A DNA stretch of 63,279 bases, taken from positions 1 to 63,279 of the forward strand of contig JAJBTJ010000071.1 of the NCBI GenBank assembly GCA_020860905.1. The letters are read 5' to 3'. The position numbers were made by a program, and so were the translations under genes. The stretch comes from Parabacteroides sp. Its GTDB lineage: Bacteria > Bacteroidota > Bacteroidia > Bacteroidales > Tannerellaceae. This document shows positions 9,798 to 18,705 of the stretch, piece after piece. The notes under the pieces were generated by a model that did no database searches, was not told where the DNA came from, and was given only the letters and a program-made list of their open reading frames with translations. Position 1 is the first letter of the stretch, and every line of letters begins with the position of its first letter.

Positions 9798-11633
9798 ATG
9801 AAAAGAAAATCCATTACAAACGGCATCGTAGCAGGTACGGTTTTGTGTATGCTGGCCCTGATGTACTCGTGTGCCAACATGGCCTCGCCCAACGGCGGCC
9901 CGTACGACGAAACTCCTCCCCGCTTCGTACGCAGCAACCCGGCGCCCAATCAGACGAACTTTCACGGAAAGAAAATAGAAATCGAGTTCGACGAGCTGGT
10001 ACAGCTCGACAAACCGATGGAAAACGTAATTATTACGCCTCCGCAATTGCAACTACCGGTGGTTAAAACGGCCGGGCATAAAGTCGTCGTAGAGCTGAAA
10101 GATACGTTGAAACCGAACACGACCTACACCATCGACTTCACCAACTCCATCGCCGATAACAACGAGAAGAACGTGTTCGAAAATTTTTCGTTCGCCTTTT
10201 CCACCGGCGACCAAATCGACTCGCTGGAAGTGGCCGGCACGTTGCTGAACGCCGAGAACCTGGAGCCGATGCCGGGCATTACGGTGGGGTTGCATGCCAA
10301 CCTCGACGACAGCGCTTTCGTAAAACTTCCTTTCGACCGGACATCGCGCACCAACGAGCGCGGGCACTTTATTATTCGGAATGTAGCCGCCGGCACGTAC
10401 CGGTTGTATGCGCTGAACGACGTGAACCGCGACTATAAATTCGACCAGCCGGGCGAAGACCTCGCGTTCCTCGATTCACTGGTAGTGCCGGATTTCTATC
10501 CCGATACCCGGCAGGATACGCTCTGGAAAGATACGCTCACCGTCGATACGATTACCACGATAGCGTTTACCCATTTCACGCCCGACGACGTGGTGTTGCG
10601 CCTGTTTAAGGAGAAATTCGAGCGGCAGTATATCCTGAAGCCGGAGCGGAACACGGAAAACGTATTCACATTGCGGTTCAACGCTCCGCTGGATACGGTG
10701 CCGGTACCGGTGCCTCTGAACTTCGAGCCGGAACAAAACGAGTGGTTTCTCGCCCAGCCTGCCGAGGCCGGCAAAGCGGTTCATTTCTGGCTCACGGACT
10801 CGACGGTATGGAAAAAAGATACGCTGGCCATAGAGCTGACGTATCCGAAAAGCGACTCGCTGAATATCCTGCAACCCCAAACGGATACCTTGCGGCTGGT
10901 ATTGCGCAACCGCCCGAAGGAAAAGAAGAAAAACGACGAGCCGGAACCCATCGTTTTCCTGAATATGAACATCGACGCGCCGGGCAAGATGGATATTTTC
11001 GATACTATATCGGTTACGTTTGACGAGCCGGTACTGGAGTTGGATAAAGAGCGTTTCAAACTGGAAATAGAGGAAGACTCGGTATGGAAAGCCGCCGATT
11101 TCGACTTTTTCCAGGATTCGCTGAATTTGCTGAACTTCTATATCAACCGGAAATGGGATTATGCCCAGCGCTTCCGGTTGCAGGTAGACTCGGCTGCCGT
11201 TTACAGTGTGTACGGCAAGTGGAACAAGCCTTATTCGAGCGAATTTACCATCAAAACGGAAGACGAGTACGGGCATTTGTATATCAACGTAGCCGGCGTG
11301 GATACCACGGCTTTTATCGAGCTGCTCGACCATAGCGATAACCCGGTACGTAAAAGCCCGGTAAAAGACGGGGGCGCTTTGTTTATGGACCTCAAGCCCG
11401 ATAAGTATTATGCGCGTATCGTGCTCGACGTAAACGGCAACAACAAGTGGGATACGGGCAATTATGCTGCGAAACGGCAGCCGGAGGAAGTGTATTATTA
11501 TCCCGGATTTTTCGAGATTATGCAAAACTGGCAAATCGAACAGAACTGGGACGTACACGCCAAGCCGGTGGAAAAGCAGAAACCGCTCGACATTACGAAA
11601 AATAAACCGAAAGAACAGACTAAAAAAGCATAG
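9798..11633 (+). CDS. Ig-like (Big_5) domain lipoprotein; C-terminal tail probably frameshifted (alternative end 11700)
   Basis: Lipobox YSC, ANMASPNGGPYDETPP, LKPNTTYTIDF..SIADNNE.N, D.NGNNKWDTG. Confidence 0.8.
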   Translation: MKRKSITNGIVAGTVLCMLALMYSCANMASPNGGPYDETPPRFVRSNPAPNQTNFHGKKIEIEFDELVQLDKPMENVIITPPQLQLPVVKTAGHKVVVELKDTLKPNTTYTIDFTNSIADNNEKNVFENFSFAFSTGDQIDSLEVAGTLLNAENLEPMPGITVGLHANLDDSAFVKLPFDRTSRTNERGHFIIRNVAAGTYRLYALNDVNRDYKFDQPGEDLAFLDSLVVPDFYPDTRQDTLWKDTLTVDTITTIAFTHFTPDDVVLRLFKEKFERQYILKPERNTENVFTLRFNAPLDTVPVPVPLNFEPEQNEWFLAQPAEAGKAVHFWLTDSTVWKKDTLAIELTYPKSDSLNILQPQTDTLRLVLRNRPKEKKKNDEPEPIVFLNMNIDAPGKMDIFDTISVTFDEPVLELDKERFKLEIEEDSVWKAADFDFFQDSLNLLNFYINRKWDYAQRFRLQVDSAAVYSVYGKWNKPYSSEFTIKTEDEYGHLYINVAGVDTTAFIELLDHSDNPVRKSPVKDGGALFMDLKPDKYYARIVLDVNGNNKWDTGNYAAKRQPEEVYYYPGFFEIMQNWQIEQNWDVHAKPVEKQKPLDITKNKPKEQTKKA

Positions 11634-11644
11634 AGACTATAAAA

Positions 11645-12526
11645 ATGAAGGAAATTCATCCGGCAACTCCGGAAACAATCTCCGAGTGCCCGGCTTTTAA
11701 GAAAAGGCTGCTCCCCATTCTGTTTTTCCTGCTGGCAATCGCCCGGACGCTTTCCGGACAATGCGAGCTGGCCAATTCTACGTTCAGCCCGGGAGAAAAG
11801 ATTTATTACGATGTTTATTTCAAGTGGGGCTTGCTGATGCCGAAAGCCGGAACGGCCGTTTTTTCTATCGACGAGGCGATGTTCCGGGGAAAGAAGGCTA
11901 TCCGCCAGCAGCTCACGTTCCGTACTACCAAGCTTATCGAAAAGGCGTTTTCCATGCGCGATACCATCGATACTTATTTTACGCCGGAGTTGTTACCGCT
12001 GTTTTACGAGAAACATGCGCTGGAAAACGGCTATTATGTAATCGACGAAATGGAGTTTCTGTATAAAGACGGCCAGACCCGTATCCCGACTAAGCGGTAT
12101 ACGCCTCAGCGGGTGAAAATAGATACGGTGCATGTGGTGAACGGGTGTATGTTCGACATCTTGGGGGTAACGATGTACCTGCGCTCGCTCAACATGGAAA
12201 ACGTGACGATAGGCGACGAATTTCCGGCTTCGTTCGTGATGGGGCGCGACATCGTACAAATCCGTTACCGGTACGCCGGCCAAAGCGTGGTGGAACGGAG
12301 CGAAACGTTGAAATACAAAACGTTGAAATTCGACATGGATGTATACGACGAGGCGGTAACGCAAACCAAAAACGCTTTCGAGATATGGATTAGCGATGAC
12401 GAAAACCACATACCCATCAAAATCAGGGCGAAACTCAAAATCGGCGCGGCCGAAGCGTATTTCAAGAAAATCACCGGTAACCGGTATCCGTTGTCGAGCG
12501 AGGTGGTGATTCCGTCGCGCAGGTAA
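11645..12526 (+). CDS. DUF3108 family exported protein
   Basis: Signal-like segment then QC...F.PGEK..YDVYFKWG, WISDDENHIPIKI...LKIG. Confidence 0.8.
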   Translation: MKEIHPATPETISECPAFKKRLLPILFFLLAIARTLSGQCELANSTFSPGEKIYYDVYFKWGLLMPKAGTAVFSIDEAMFRGKKAIRQQLTFRTTKLIEKAFSMRDTIDTYFTPELLPLFYEKHALENGYYVIDEMEFLYKDGQTRIPTKRYTPQRVKIDTVHVVNGCMFDILGVTMYLRSLNMENVTIGDEFPASFVMGRDIVQIRYRYAGQSVVERSETLKYKTLKFDMDVYDEAVTQTKNAFEIWISDDENHIPIKIRAKLKIGAAEAYFKKITGNRYPLSSEVVIPSRR

Positions 12527-12699
12527 TGACTTTTTCCACCGCTACCCGGCGAATAAAAAGCAAGGGGTACCGGAGGACAAACATACGACGCAGAAAGAAG
12601 AACCGGGGACGGAGCTGACGGAACATTGGGTGAATATTCCTTTCTATAGGATTTAATGCCGGAAGAGGCTGAATTTTCCGCTGAAGGGGATGTTTTTTG

Positions 12700-12783
12700 T
12701 TGCCGCCGGCGGCGGCAATATAAATGGCGCCGGCGACAAAATAGCCGGCGTCGGTGGCAATATAGCCAGGGACGCCGGCAAAC
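12700..12783. repeat. Array of four 21-bp GC-rich quasi-palindromic units (REP-like family A)
   Basis: ttgccgccggcggcggcaata / taaatggcgccggcgacaaaa / tagccggcgtcggtggcaata / tagccagggacgccggcaaac; related to 49883-49980 and 60431-60463. Confidence 0.75.
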
Positions 12784-12824
12784 AATTATTTCCTTTCTAT
12801 TCCGACCGGTTTTAAGTAGTTTTT

Positions 12825-13058
12825 CGAAAAGAGAAGATAGGCTGCGCCTCGGCATAATCAAAGCGGGGCTTGCTTCTGTTCTCGGCTTGCACTACTTTTC
12901 TTCCGAAAAGAGAAGATAGGCCTCGCCTCGACATAATCAAAGCGGAGCTTTGCTTCTGTTCTCGGCTTGCACTACTTTTCTTCGAAAAGAGAAGATAGGC
13001 TGCGCCTCGGCATAATCAAAGCAAGCTTTGCTTCTGTTCTCGGCTTGCACTATCTTTG
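12825..13058. repeat. Three tandem ~79-bp repeats (CGAAAAGAGAAGATAGGC...CATAATCAAAGC...CTTCTGTTCTCGGCTTGCACTA)
   Basis: Units start at 12825, 12904 and 12983 and are near-identical. Confidence 0.92.
13027..13058 (+). promoter_or_regulatory. -33/-7 promoter (TTTG-N20-TATCTTTG) for rnhA, inside the third repeat unit
   Basis: TTTG at 13027-13030, TATCTTTG at 13051-13058, ATG at 13077. Confidence 0.7.
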
Positions 13059-13076
13059 CCCCAAATAAAAAGGCAG

Positions 13077-13715
13077 ATGGCAAAAAACAAATATTACGTG
13101 GTATGGAACGGACGTGTACCGGGAGTGTACGATACCTGGGAAGCATGCAAGGCGCAAGTGGAAAACGAGGCGGGAGCCAAATACAAATCGTTCGACACGG
13201 AAGAAAAAGCCCGTGACGCCTTCGAAAAAGGATATTCGGCATATGCGGCTTCCACTGCCGCCTCGAAAGCTGCGGATACGGCGCAAAAGGGCACTTCCCA
13301 CGCCGGGCTGCCGGATAAGAACAGCGTTGCCGTAGATGCGGCGTGCAGCGGCAATCCGGGCGATATGGAGTACCGCGGTGTGTTTACCGCTACCGGCGAA
13401 GAATTATTTCGCATAGGGCCGTTCAGGGAGGGGACGAATAACATCGGCGAATTCCTGGCTATTGTACACGGCTTGGCTTTATTGAAACAAAAAGGGAGCC
13501 GGCTGCCGCTTTATTCCGACAGCCGGAATGCCATCCTGTGGGTAAAAAACAAGAAATGTAAAACGCAACTGGCCCGGACCTCGCTGAACGAGCCGGTTTT
13601 CAATTTGATTGCCCGGGCCGAGAAATGGCTGAACGAAAACTCGTACACCACCCCTATCCTGAAGTGGGAAACGGCCGAGTGGGGCGAAATCCCGGCCGAC
13701 TTCGGGCGGAAGTAG
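13077..13715 (+). CDS. rnhA: Ribonuclease HI with N-terminal hybrid-binding (viroplasmin/Cauli_VI) domain
   Basis: KYYVVWNGRVPGVYDTW..C, AVDAACSGNPG.MEYRGV, TNNIGEFLAIVH, YSDS, WGEIPADFGRK. Confidence 0.92.
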   Translation: MAKNKYYVVWNGRVPGVYDTWEACKAQVENEAGAKYKSFDTEEKARDAFEKGYSAYAASTAASKAADTAQKGTSHAGLPDKNSVAVDAACSGNPGDMEYRGVFTATGEELFRIGPFREGTNNIGEFLAIVHGLALLKQKGSRLPLYSDSRNAILWVKNKKCKTQLARTSLNEPVFNLIARAEKWLNENSYTTPILKWETAEWGEIPADFGRK

Positions 13716-13718
13716 CCG

Positions 13719-15035
13719 CTACCGTACCTTGCCGATTCCTTCGTATACGAACCCGGCATCTTTCAGCTCGCACGGATCGTATATGTTGCGGCCGTCGAGC
13801 AACAACGGGTTATTCATCAGTTTCTTTACGGCAGCCCAGTTAGGCAACCGGAACGTGCGCCACTCGGTTACGAGCAAAAGCGCATCGGCATCGAGCACGG
13901 CGTCGTACATATCCTGTGCATACGTTACCTTATCGCCGATGCACCGCCGGCACTCCGGCATCGCTACCGGGTCGAATACCCGCACCCGGGCGCCTGCCTG
14001 CGTAAGGAGGTCGATTAAAACCAACGCGGTAGCTTCGCGCATATCGTCGGTATCGGGCTTGAAAGCCAGCCCCCACAGGGCGATCGTTTTGCCGGCCAGG
14101 TTGGGGATGTACTTTTGCAACTTCCGGAACAACACGCTTTTTTGCACTTCGTTCACTTCTTCTACCGCCTTGAGCACCCGCATCGGATAGTGATACTTTT
14201 CCGCGGTTTTAATCAGCGCTTTTACGTCTTTCGGGAAACACGAACCGCCGTACCCGCATCCGGGATACAGAAATTTGCTTCCGATACGACTATCGGCCCC
14301 GATGCCTTTCCGCACCATGTTCACATTCGCTCCTACCAGTTCGCACAAGTTGGCAATATCGTTCATAAAGCTGATGCGGGTGGCCAACATGGAATTGGCG
14401 GCGTATTTAATCATTTCGGCCGAAGGAATGTCGGTAAAAATCAGACGGTAATTATTCATCATAAAGGGCTTGTACAACCGCTCCATCAGCTTGCGCGCCT
14501 GCTCCGACTCGGTACCTACCACCACCCGGTCGGGCTTCATAAAGTCGCTTACGGCGTTTCCTTCCTTCAGGAACTCCGGGTTGCTGGCTACATCGAATGG
14601 CACATCCGCCCCGCGTTTGTCGAGCTCTTCTTTTACCGTTTGCTTTACTAATTGCGCCGTACCTACAGGAACGGTACTCTTGGTAACGATAAGGGTATAG
14701 TTGTTGATATGACGCCCGATGGTACGGGCTACCTCGAGTACATACTGCAAGTCGGCGCTGCCGTCGTCGCCGGGAGGCGTGCCTACGGCGCTGAACACGA
14801 CTTCCACGTTATCGAGCACGGAAACAAGGTCGGTAGTAAAATCGAGCCGCCCGGCCGCCCGGTTACGGTGTACCATCACTTCGAGGCCCGGCTCGTAAAT
14901 CGGTACGATTCCTTTCTTCAGGTTCTCTATTTTTTGCGCATCCACATCCACACAAGTTACGTGCACTCCCATCTCTGAGAAACACGTTCCGGTAACTAAT
15001 CCTACGTATCCGGTTCCGACAATTGCTATATTCAT
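13719..15035 (-). CDS. ugd: UDP-glucose 6-dehydrogenase
   Basis: GTGYVG, KSTVPVGT, NPEFLKEG, GYGGSCFPKD, GLAFKPDTDDMRE. Confidence 0.95.
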   Translation of the reverse strand: MNIAIVGTGYVGLVTGTCFSEMGVHVTCVDVDAQKIENLKKGIVPIYEPGLEVMVHRNRAAGRLDFTTDLVSVLDNVEVVFSAVGTPPGDDGSADLQYVLEVARTIGRHINNYTLIVTKSTVPVGTAQLVKQTVKEELDKRGADVPFDVASNPEFLKEGNAVSDFMKPDRVVVGTESEQARKLMERLYKPFMMNNYRLIFTDIPSAEMIKYAANSMLATRISFMNDIANLCELVGANVNMVRKGIGADSRIGSKFLYPGCGYGGSCFPKDVKALIKTAEKYHYPMRVLKAVEEVNEVQKSVLFRKLQKYIPNLAGKTIALWGLAFKPDTDDMREATALVLIDLLTQAGARVRVFDPVAMPECRRCIGDKVTYAQDMYDAVLDADALLLVTEWRTFRLPNWAAVKKLMNNPLLLDGRNIYDPCELKDAGFVYEGIGKVR

Positions 15036-15044
15036 GGCGTTCGA

Positions 15045-16100
15045 TTATTTAAGTTGATAAAATTCTTTGTACCAGGCTACGGTTTTGCGTATGCCTTCGT
15101 GCACGGAAGTGGCAGGCTTATAGCCCGTATCGCGTTCCAACAACGACGTATCGGCCTGGGTACGGTATACGTCGCCCGGCTGCATGGGCAGAAACTCTTT
15201 CCGGGCTTCTTTTCCGCAGGCGGCTTCGATGGCAGCGATAAAATCCATCAGCTTTACCGGCTCGGAATGGCCGATATTATAAATGCGGTAAGGGGCCGAT
15301 GAGGCGCTCTGGTCGTGGCACTCGGCCTTCCATGCCGCATCGGGCTCGGCCGGCCGGTCGATGCAACGCACGATGCCGGATACGATATCGTCGATATAGG
15401 TAAAGTCGCGAAGCATATCGCCGTTGTTAAATACGCGGATAGGCCTATCGTGGAAGATAGCATCCATAAACAGGAACGGCGACATATCGGGCCTGCCCCA
15501 GGGGCCGTACACGGTAAACAGACGCAACCCAGTACAGGGGATTTTATACAGGTGGCTATAGGCATGGGCCATCAGCTCGTTGCTTTTTTTACTGGCGGCA
15601 TACATGCTTACCGGATGGGCGATGGAACTCGACTCACAAAAAGGCACGTCGGCATTGAGCCCGTACACGCTGCTGGAACTGGCGTAAACCAGGTGTTTCA
15701 CCGGAGTATGCCGGCAACCTTCGAGGATGTTGAGGAAACCGTCGATATTGCTGCGGATGTAGCTGGCCGGATTGGAGAGCGAATACCGTACGCCTGCCTG
15801 GGCGGCGAGGTGGCACACGCAATCGAATTGCTCGCCGGAAAACAACCGTTGCATCGGCAAGGCGTCTTCGAGGTTGGTCCGGATAAAACGATAGGCCGGA
15901 TAAAGCCGGCTCGAGGCGAACGAATCCCACCCTACCGTTTCCTGCCGGATGCCGGCCCGGGCCAACCGTCCGTATTTCAAACCGGTATCGTAATAATCGT
16001 TGATATTGTCGAGCCCGACCACTTCATCGCCGCGCTCCAGCAAACGCAGCACTACATAACTGCCGATAAAACCGGAGGCGCCGGTTACCAAAATTTTCAT
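15045..16100 (-). CDS. NAD-dependent epimerase (UDP-glucuronate 4-epimerase-like)
   Basis: TGASGFIG, HLAAQAGVRYS, YAASKKSNE, FTVYGPWGRPDM. Confidence 0.92.
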   Translation of the reverse strand: MKILVTGASGFIGSYVVLRLLERGDEVVGLDNINDYYDTGLKYGRLARAGIRQETVGWDSFASSRLYPAYRFIRTNLEDALPMQRLFSGEQFDCVCHLAAQAGVRYSLSNPASYIRSNIDGFLNILEGCRHTPVKHLVYASSSSVYGLNADVPFCESSSIAHPVSMYAASKKSNELMAHAYSHLYKIPCTGLRLFTVYGPWGRPDMSPFLFMDAIFHDRPIRVFNNGDMLRDFTYIDDIVSGIVRCIDRPAEPDAAWKAECHDQSASSAPYRIYNIGHSEPVKLMDFIAAIEAACGKEARKEFLPMQPGDVYRTQADTSLLERDTGYKPATSVHEGIRKTVAWYKEFYQLK

Positions 16101-16507
16101 AGGAGTCGTATTTTAATCCGCAAGCATCCTTTCCGCTCCCCGGGACAGCGGTTTCTTTCATATCGCTCGCCCCGGCGTTTATCCGGAAAGTACGGCCGTA
16201 GCCGGCTACAAAAGTAATCAATAAAACAGTATGGCTTTTACGACCTGTGAAATTTAACAGAAATGACCGTAGCAGCCCCGGAAAAGGCACAATCCGCTTC
16301 ATCCAAGTAAAAAGCGTAACCCGAAAAGCAGGAAATAGAGAGCAGGTAAAATATTTTCGCTACTTTTACAGCCGGAAACAAATACATATTACTGCGCCCC
16401 GAATAACAAGACCGCGGTACAAACGACCGTTTTTTCCGGAACATACCGGAAAACTTTTGCAGGTCGTTCCGTGTGAAAATAAAATGAATAACGAATAACA
16501 AATCCTC

Positions 16508-17227
16508 ATGGATCAACCGTCAACTATCCATATCGACCTTATACTGCCCTGTTACAATCCGCATCCGGGTTGGGACAGCAGGATAATAGACCAAATGAAC
16601 CGGTTGTACCGTACTTATCCTCATTACCGGTTCCATCTTTACCTGGTACCCGACGGCGCAACCAAAGGAATAAACCCGGAAATACAGCAACGGCTTGTCC
16701 GGGCCTTGCCTGATACGCAGTTCGTAACGTATCCGCAAAACCAAGGCAAAGGATACGCTGTACGAGTGGGGGTAGCGCAAAGCCACTCGGAATATATCAT
16801 TTATACCGATTACGATTTTCCCTACACCAACGCCTCGTTCGAACAAGTTATCCGGGCATTGCAGGAGGGATACGATGTAGTAGTAGCCGTACGCGACAGT
16901 AATTACCAAAAAAACCTGCCGGTTCTCCGTAAATTTCTTTCACACGCCTCCCATTGGGTCAACCGGGTATTCCTCGGCCTGAAAATCAAAGATACGCAAG
17001 GCGGCCTGAAGGGATTCAACCAACGGGGAAAAGCGATATTCCTTTCCACCCGGGTAACCGGTTTCTTATTCGATACGGAGTTTATTTATAAGGCTTCACG
17101 CCGGAAGGATATTCGTATCGGGGTAGTTAAAACCCGGATAAAAGACGGGCTGGCCGTATCGGAAATGGGGTTTAAAATCATACGCAAAGAATTGAAAAAC
17201 TTTTTCCTTATTTTACGGAACAAGTAA
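16508..17227 (+). CDS. Glycosyltransferase family 2
   Basis: LILPCYN, NQGKGYAVRVG, YTDYD (DxD), DTQGGLKGF. Confidence 0.88.
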   Translation: MDQPSTIHIDLILPCYNPHPGWDSRIIDQMNRLYRTYPHYRFHLYLVPDGATKGINPEIQQRLVRALPDTQFVTYPQNQGKGYAVRVGVAQSHSEYIIYTDYDFPYTNASFEQVIRALQEGYDVVVAVRDSNYQKNLPVLRKFLSHASHWVNRVFLGLKIKDTQGGLKGFNQRGKAIFLSTRVTGFLFDTEFIYKASRRKDIRIGVVKTRIKDGLAVSEMGFKIIRKELKNFFLILRNK

Positions 17228-17237
17228 GGGCTGGTAA

Positions 17238-18359
17238 TCAGGTTTGCGCATACACCCGCATCAGGTCGGCAGCTAACTGCTCGCTACCGAAACGCGAACT
17301 GTAGGCTTTCCCCTCGGCAACCATGCGTTGCGCCAGCGTCGGGTCGCTTAAAACCGCATTCAGTTTTCCGGCCAGTTCGCACTCGTCGGTAGGGTTTACG
17401 TACAACGAGCCGGGCCCACCGGCTTCTTCCAGGCACGAGCCGGTGGCGGCAATAACCGGCACTTCCGAGGTAATGGCTTCGAGTACCGGGATGCCGAATC
17501 CTTCGAAAAAAGAGGGATAAACAAACACGGAAGCGCATTGATAAAGCGCCGGCAAGTCGGCAAAAGGAAATCCGTGCAGGAAGCGGACGCGGCGGCCTAA
17601 ACCGTTTGCCCCGGCATAGGCACTTACTTGCTTCAGGTAAGGGGTAGCGCGCCCGACTGCTACCAGTTCCACTTCTTTATCTACGTGTTTCAGGGCTTTT
17701 ACCGCCAGCAAAAGGTTCTTCCGCTCTTCAATACTTCCTACACTCAGAATAAACCGCTCGGGCAGCCCGTAGGTTTGCCGCACGCGCTTTTTTTCCGCTT
17801 CGCCGGCACGAAGCGCGAAGGCCGGGTCGCATCCCTGGTACACTACTTCGATTTTCCGTTCGTCGATTCCGAAAAAGTTTACGATGTCGCGCCGGGTCGT
17901 TTCGCTTACCGCAATGATTTTGCCGGCCTCCCAGCATGCTTTCCGGAACTTATACTCATAGATTTGCCGGTCGATAAAAGGATACAGGCGGGGATAGCGG
18001 ATAAAAATAAGGTCGTGGATGGTAACGACCGAACGGATGCCGGCTTTCGCCAGCCCGGAAGGAAGTTCGTTGCTCAGCCCGTGAAACAACTCTACCCCGT
18101 CTCTTTTCAAGTCTGTAACGATTCCGCGTGAACGCCAGAGCGCTTTCGGATAAAACGGACGTGAAGCCGGATACCGGAACGACACGGAAGGTGTTTCGGA
18201 AACCTGCTTCCGGAGGTTTTCTTTTCCCGGCGAAGGCGTATACAACAAATATTGGTTTCCGGGGTAATGCGCAGCCAGGATATTGACTGCGAAACGGCTG
18301 TAGTTGCCCAGCCCGGTAGCGTTGTGGGTAATGCGCTTGGCATCGAAACCTATGTTCAT
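17238..18359 (-). CDS. Glycosyltransferase family 4
   Basis: MNIGFDAKR...TGLGNYSR, VTIHDLIF, VGSIEERKN, FFEGFGIPVLEA; has its own -7 element (CAAAGATA at 18401-18408). Confidence 0.92.
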   Translation of the reverse strand: MNIGFDAKRITHNATGLGNYSRFAVNILAAHYPGNQYLLYTPSPGKENLRKQVSETPSVSFRYPASRPFYPKALWRSRGIVTDLKRDGVELFHGLSNELPSGLAKAGIRSVVTIHDLIFIRYPRLYPFIDRQIYEYKFRKACWEAGKIIAVSETTRRDIVNFFGIDERKIEVVYQGCDPAFALRAGEAEKKRVRQTYGLPERFILSVGSIEERKNLLLAVKALKHVDKEVELVAVGRATPYLKQVSAYAGANGLGRRVRFLHGFPFADLPALYQCASVFVYPSFFEGFGIPVLEAITSEVPVIAATGSCLEEAGGPGSLYVNPTDECELAGKLNAVLSDPTLAQRMVAEGKAYSSRFGSEQLAADLMRVYAQT

Positions 18360-18475
18360 ACGGATACGGTTTGTTTGTACAGGCCGATAGATGACAGTGA
18401 CAAAGATAGGAAAAATTAGTATTCGCACGGCAATCGGTATGTATCCGATTTGTTTCGAGGAAAAAAACGATGGGG

Positions 18476-18654
18476 TGGCACAAAAAACCTTCGTTTTATG
18501 TGAAGCAAAGATAAAACTTCGTTCCGGCTTGCCTGCTCCTTTTCCTGTTTTTCTTTCATTTTATTTCTAATGAGTTAGCTCCACGTTTCTTTTGGATAAG
18601 TACGCTCTTTTTTGTATGCCGGGACGACACATAAAACGAAGGTTTTTTGTGCCA
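18476..18654. promoter_or_regulatory. Candidate invertible promoter: perfect 27-bp inverted repeats flanking a 125-bp segment with a -7 element
   Basis: TGGCACAAAAAACCTTCGTTTTATGTG at 18476-18502 and its exact reverse complement at 18628-18654; CAAAGATA (TATCTTTG on the - strand) at 18506-18513. Confidence 0.75.
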
Positions 18655-18705
18655 TCGCACCCCAAAACCCGTTTTTTTCCTTACAACCCTTAAATATCTG
18701 TATAT

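Noticed and set aside
12656-12919. Arg-rich heptad peptide ORF (CRRRRQ...), also 49787-50011
   Set aside because: These are translations of the 21-bp DNA palindromes; there is no consistent start or context between loci.
12825-13058. Possible CRISPR array
   Set aside because: Whole 79-bp units repeat with no unique spacers, and there are no cas genes in the window.
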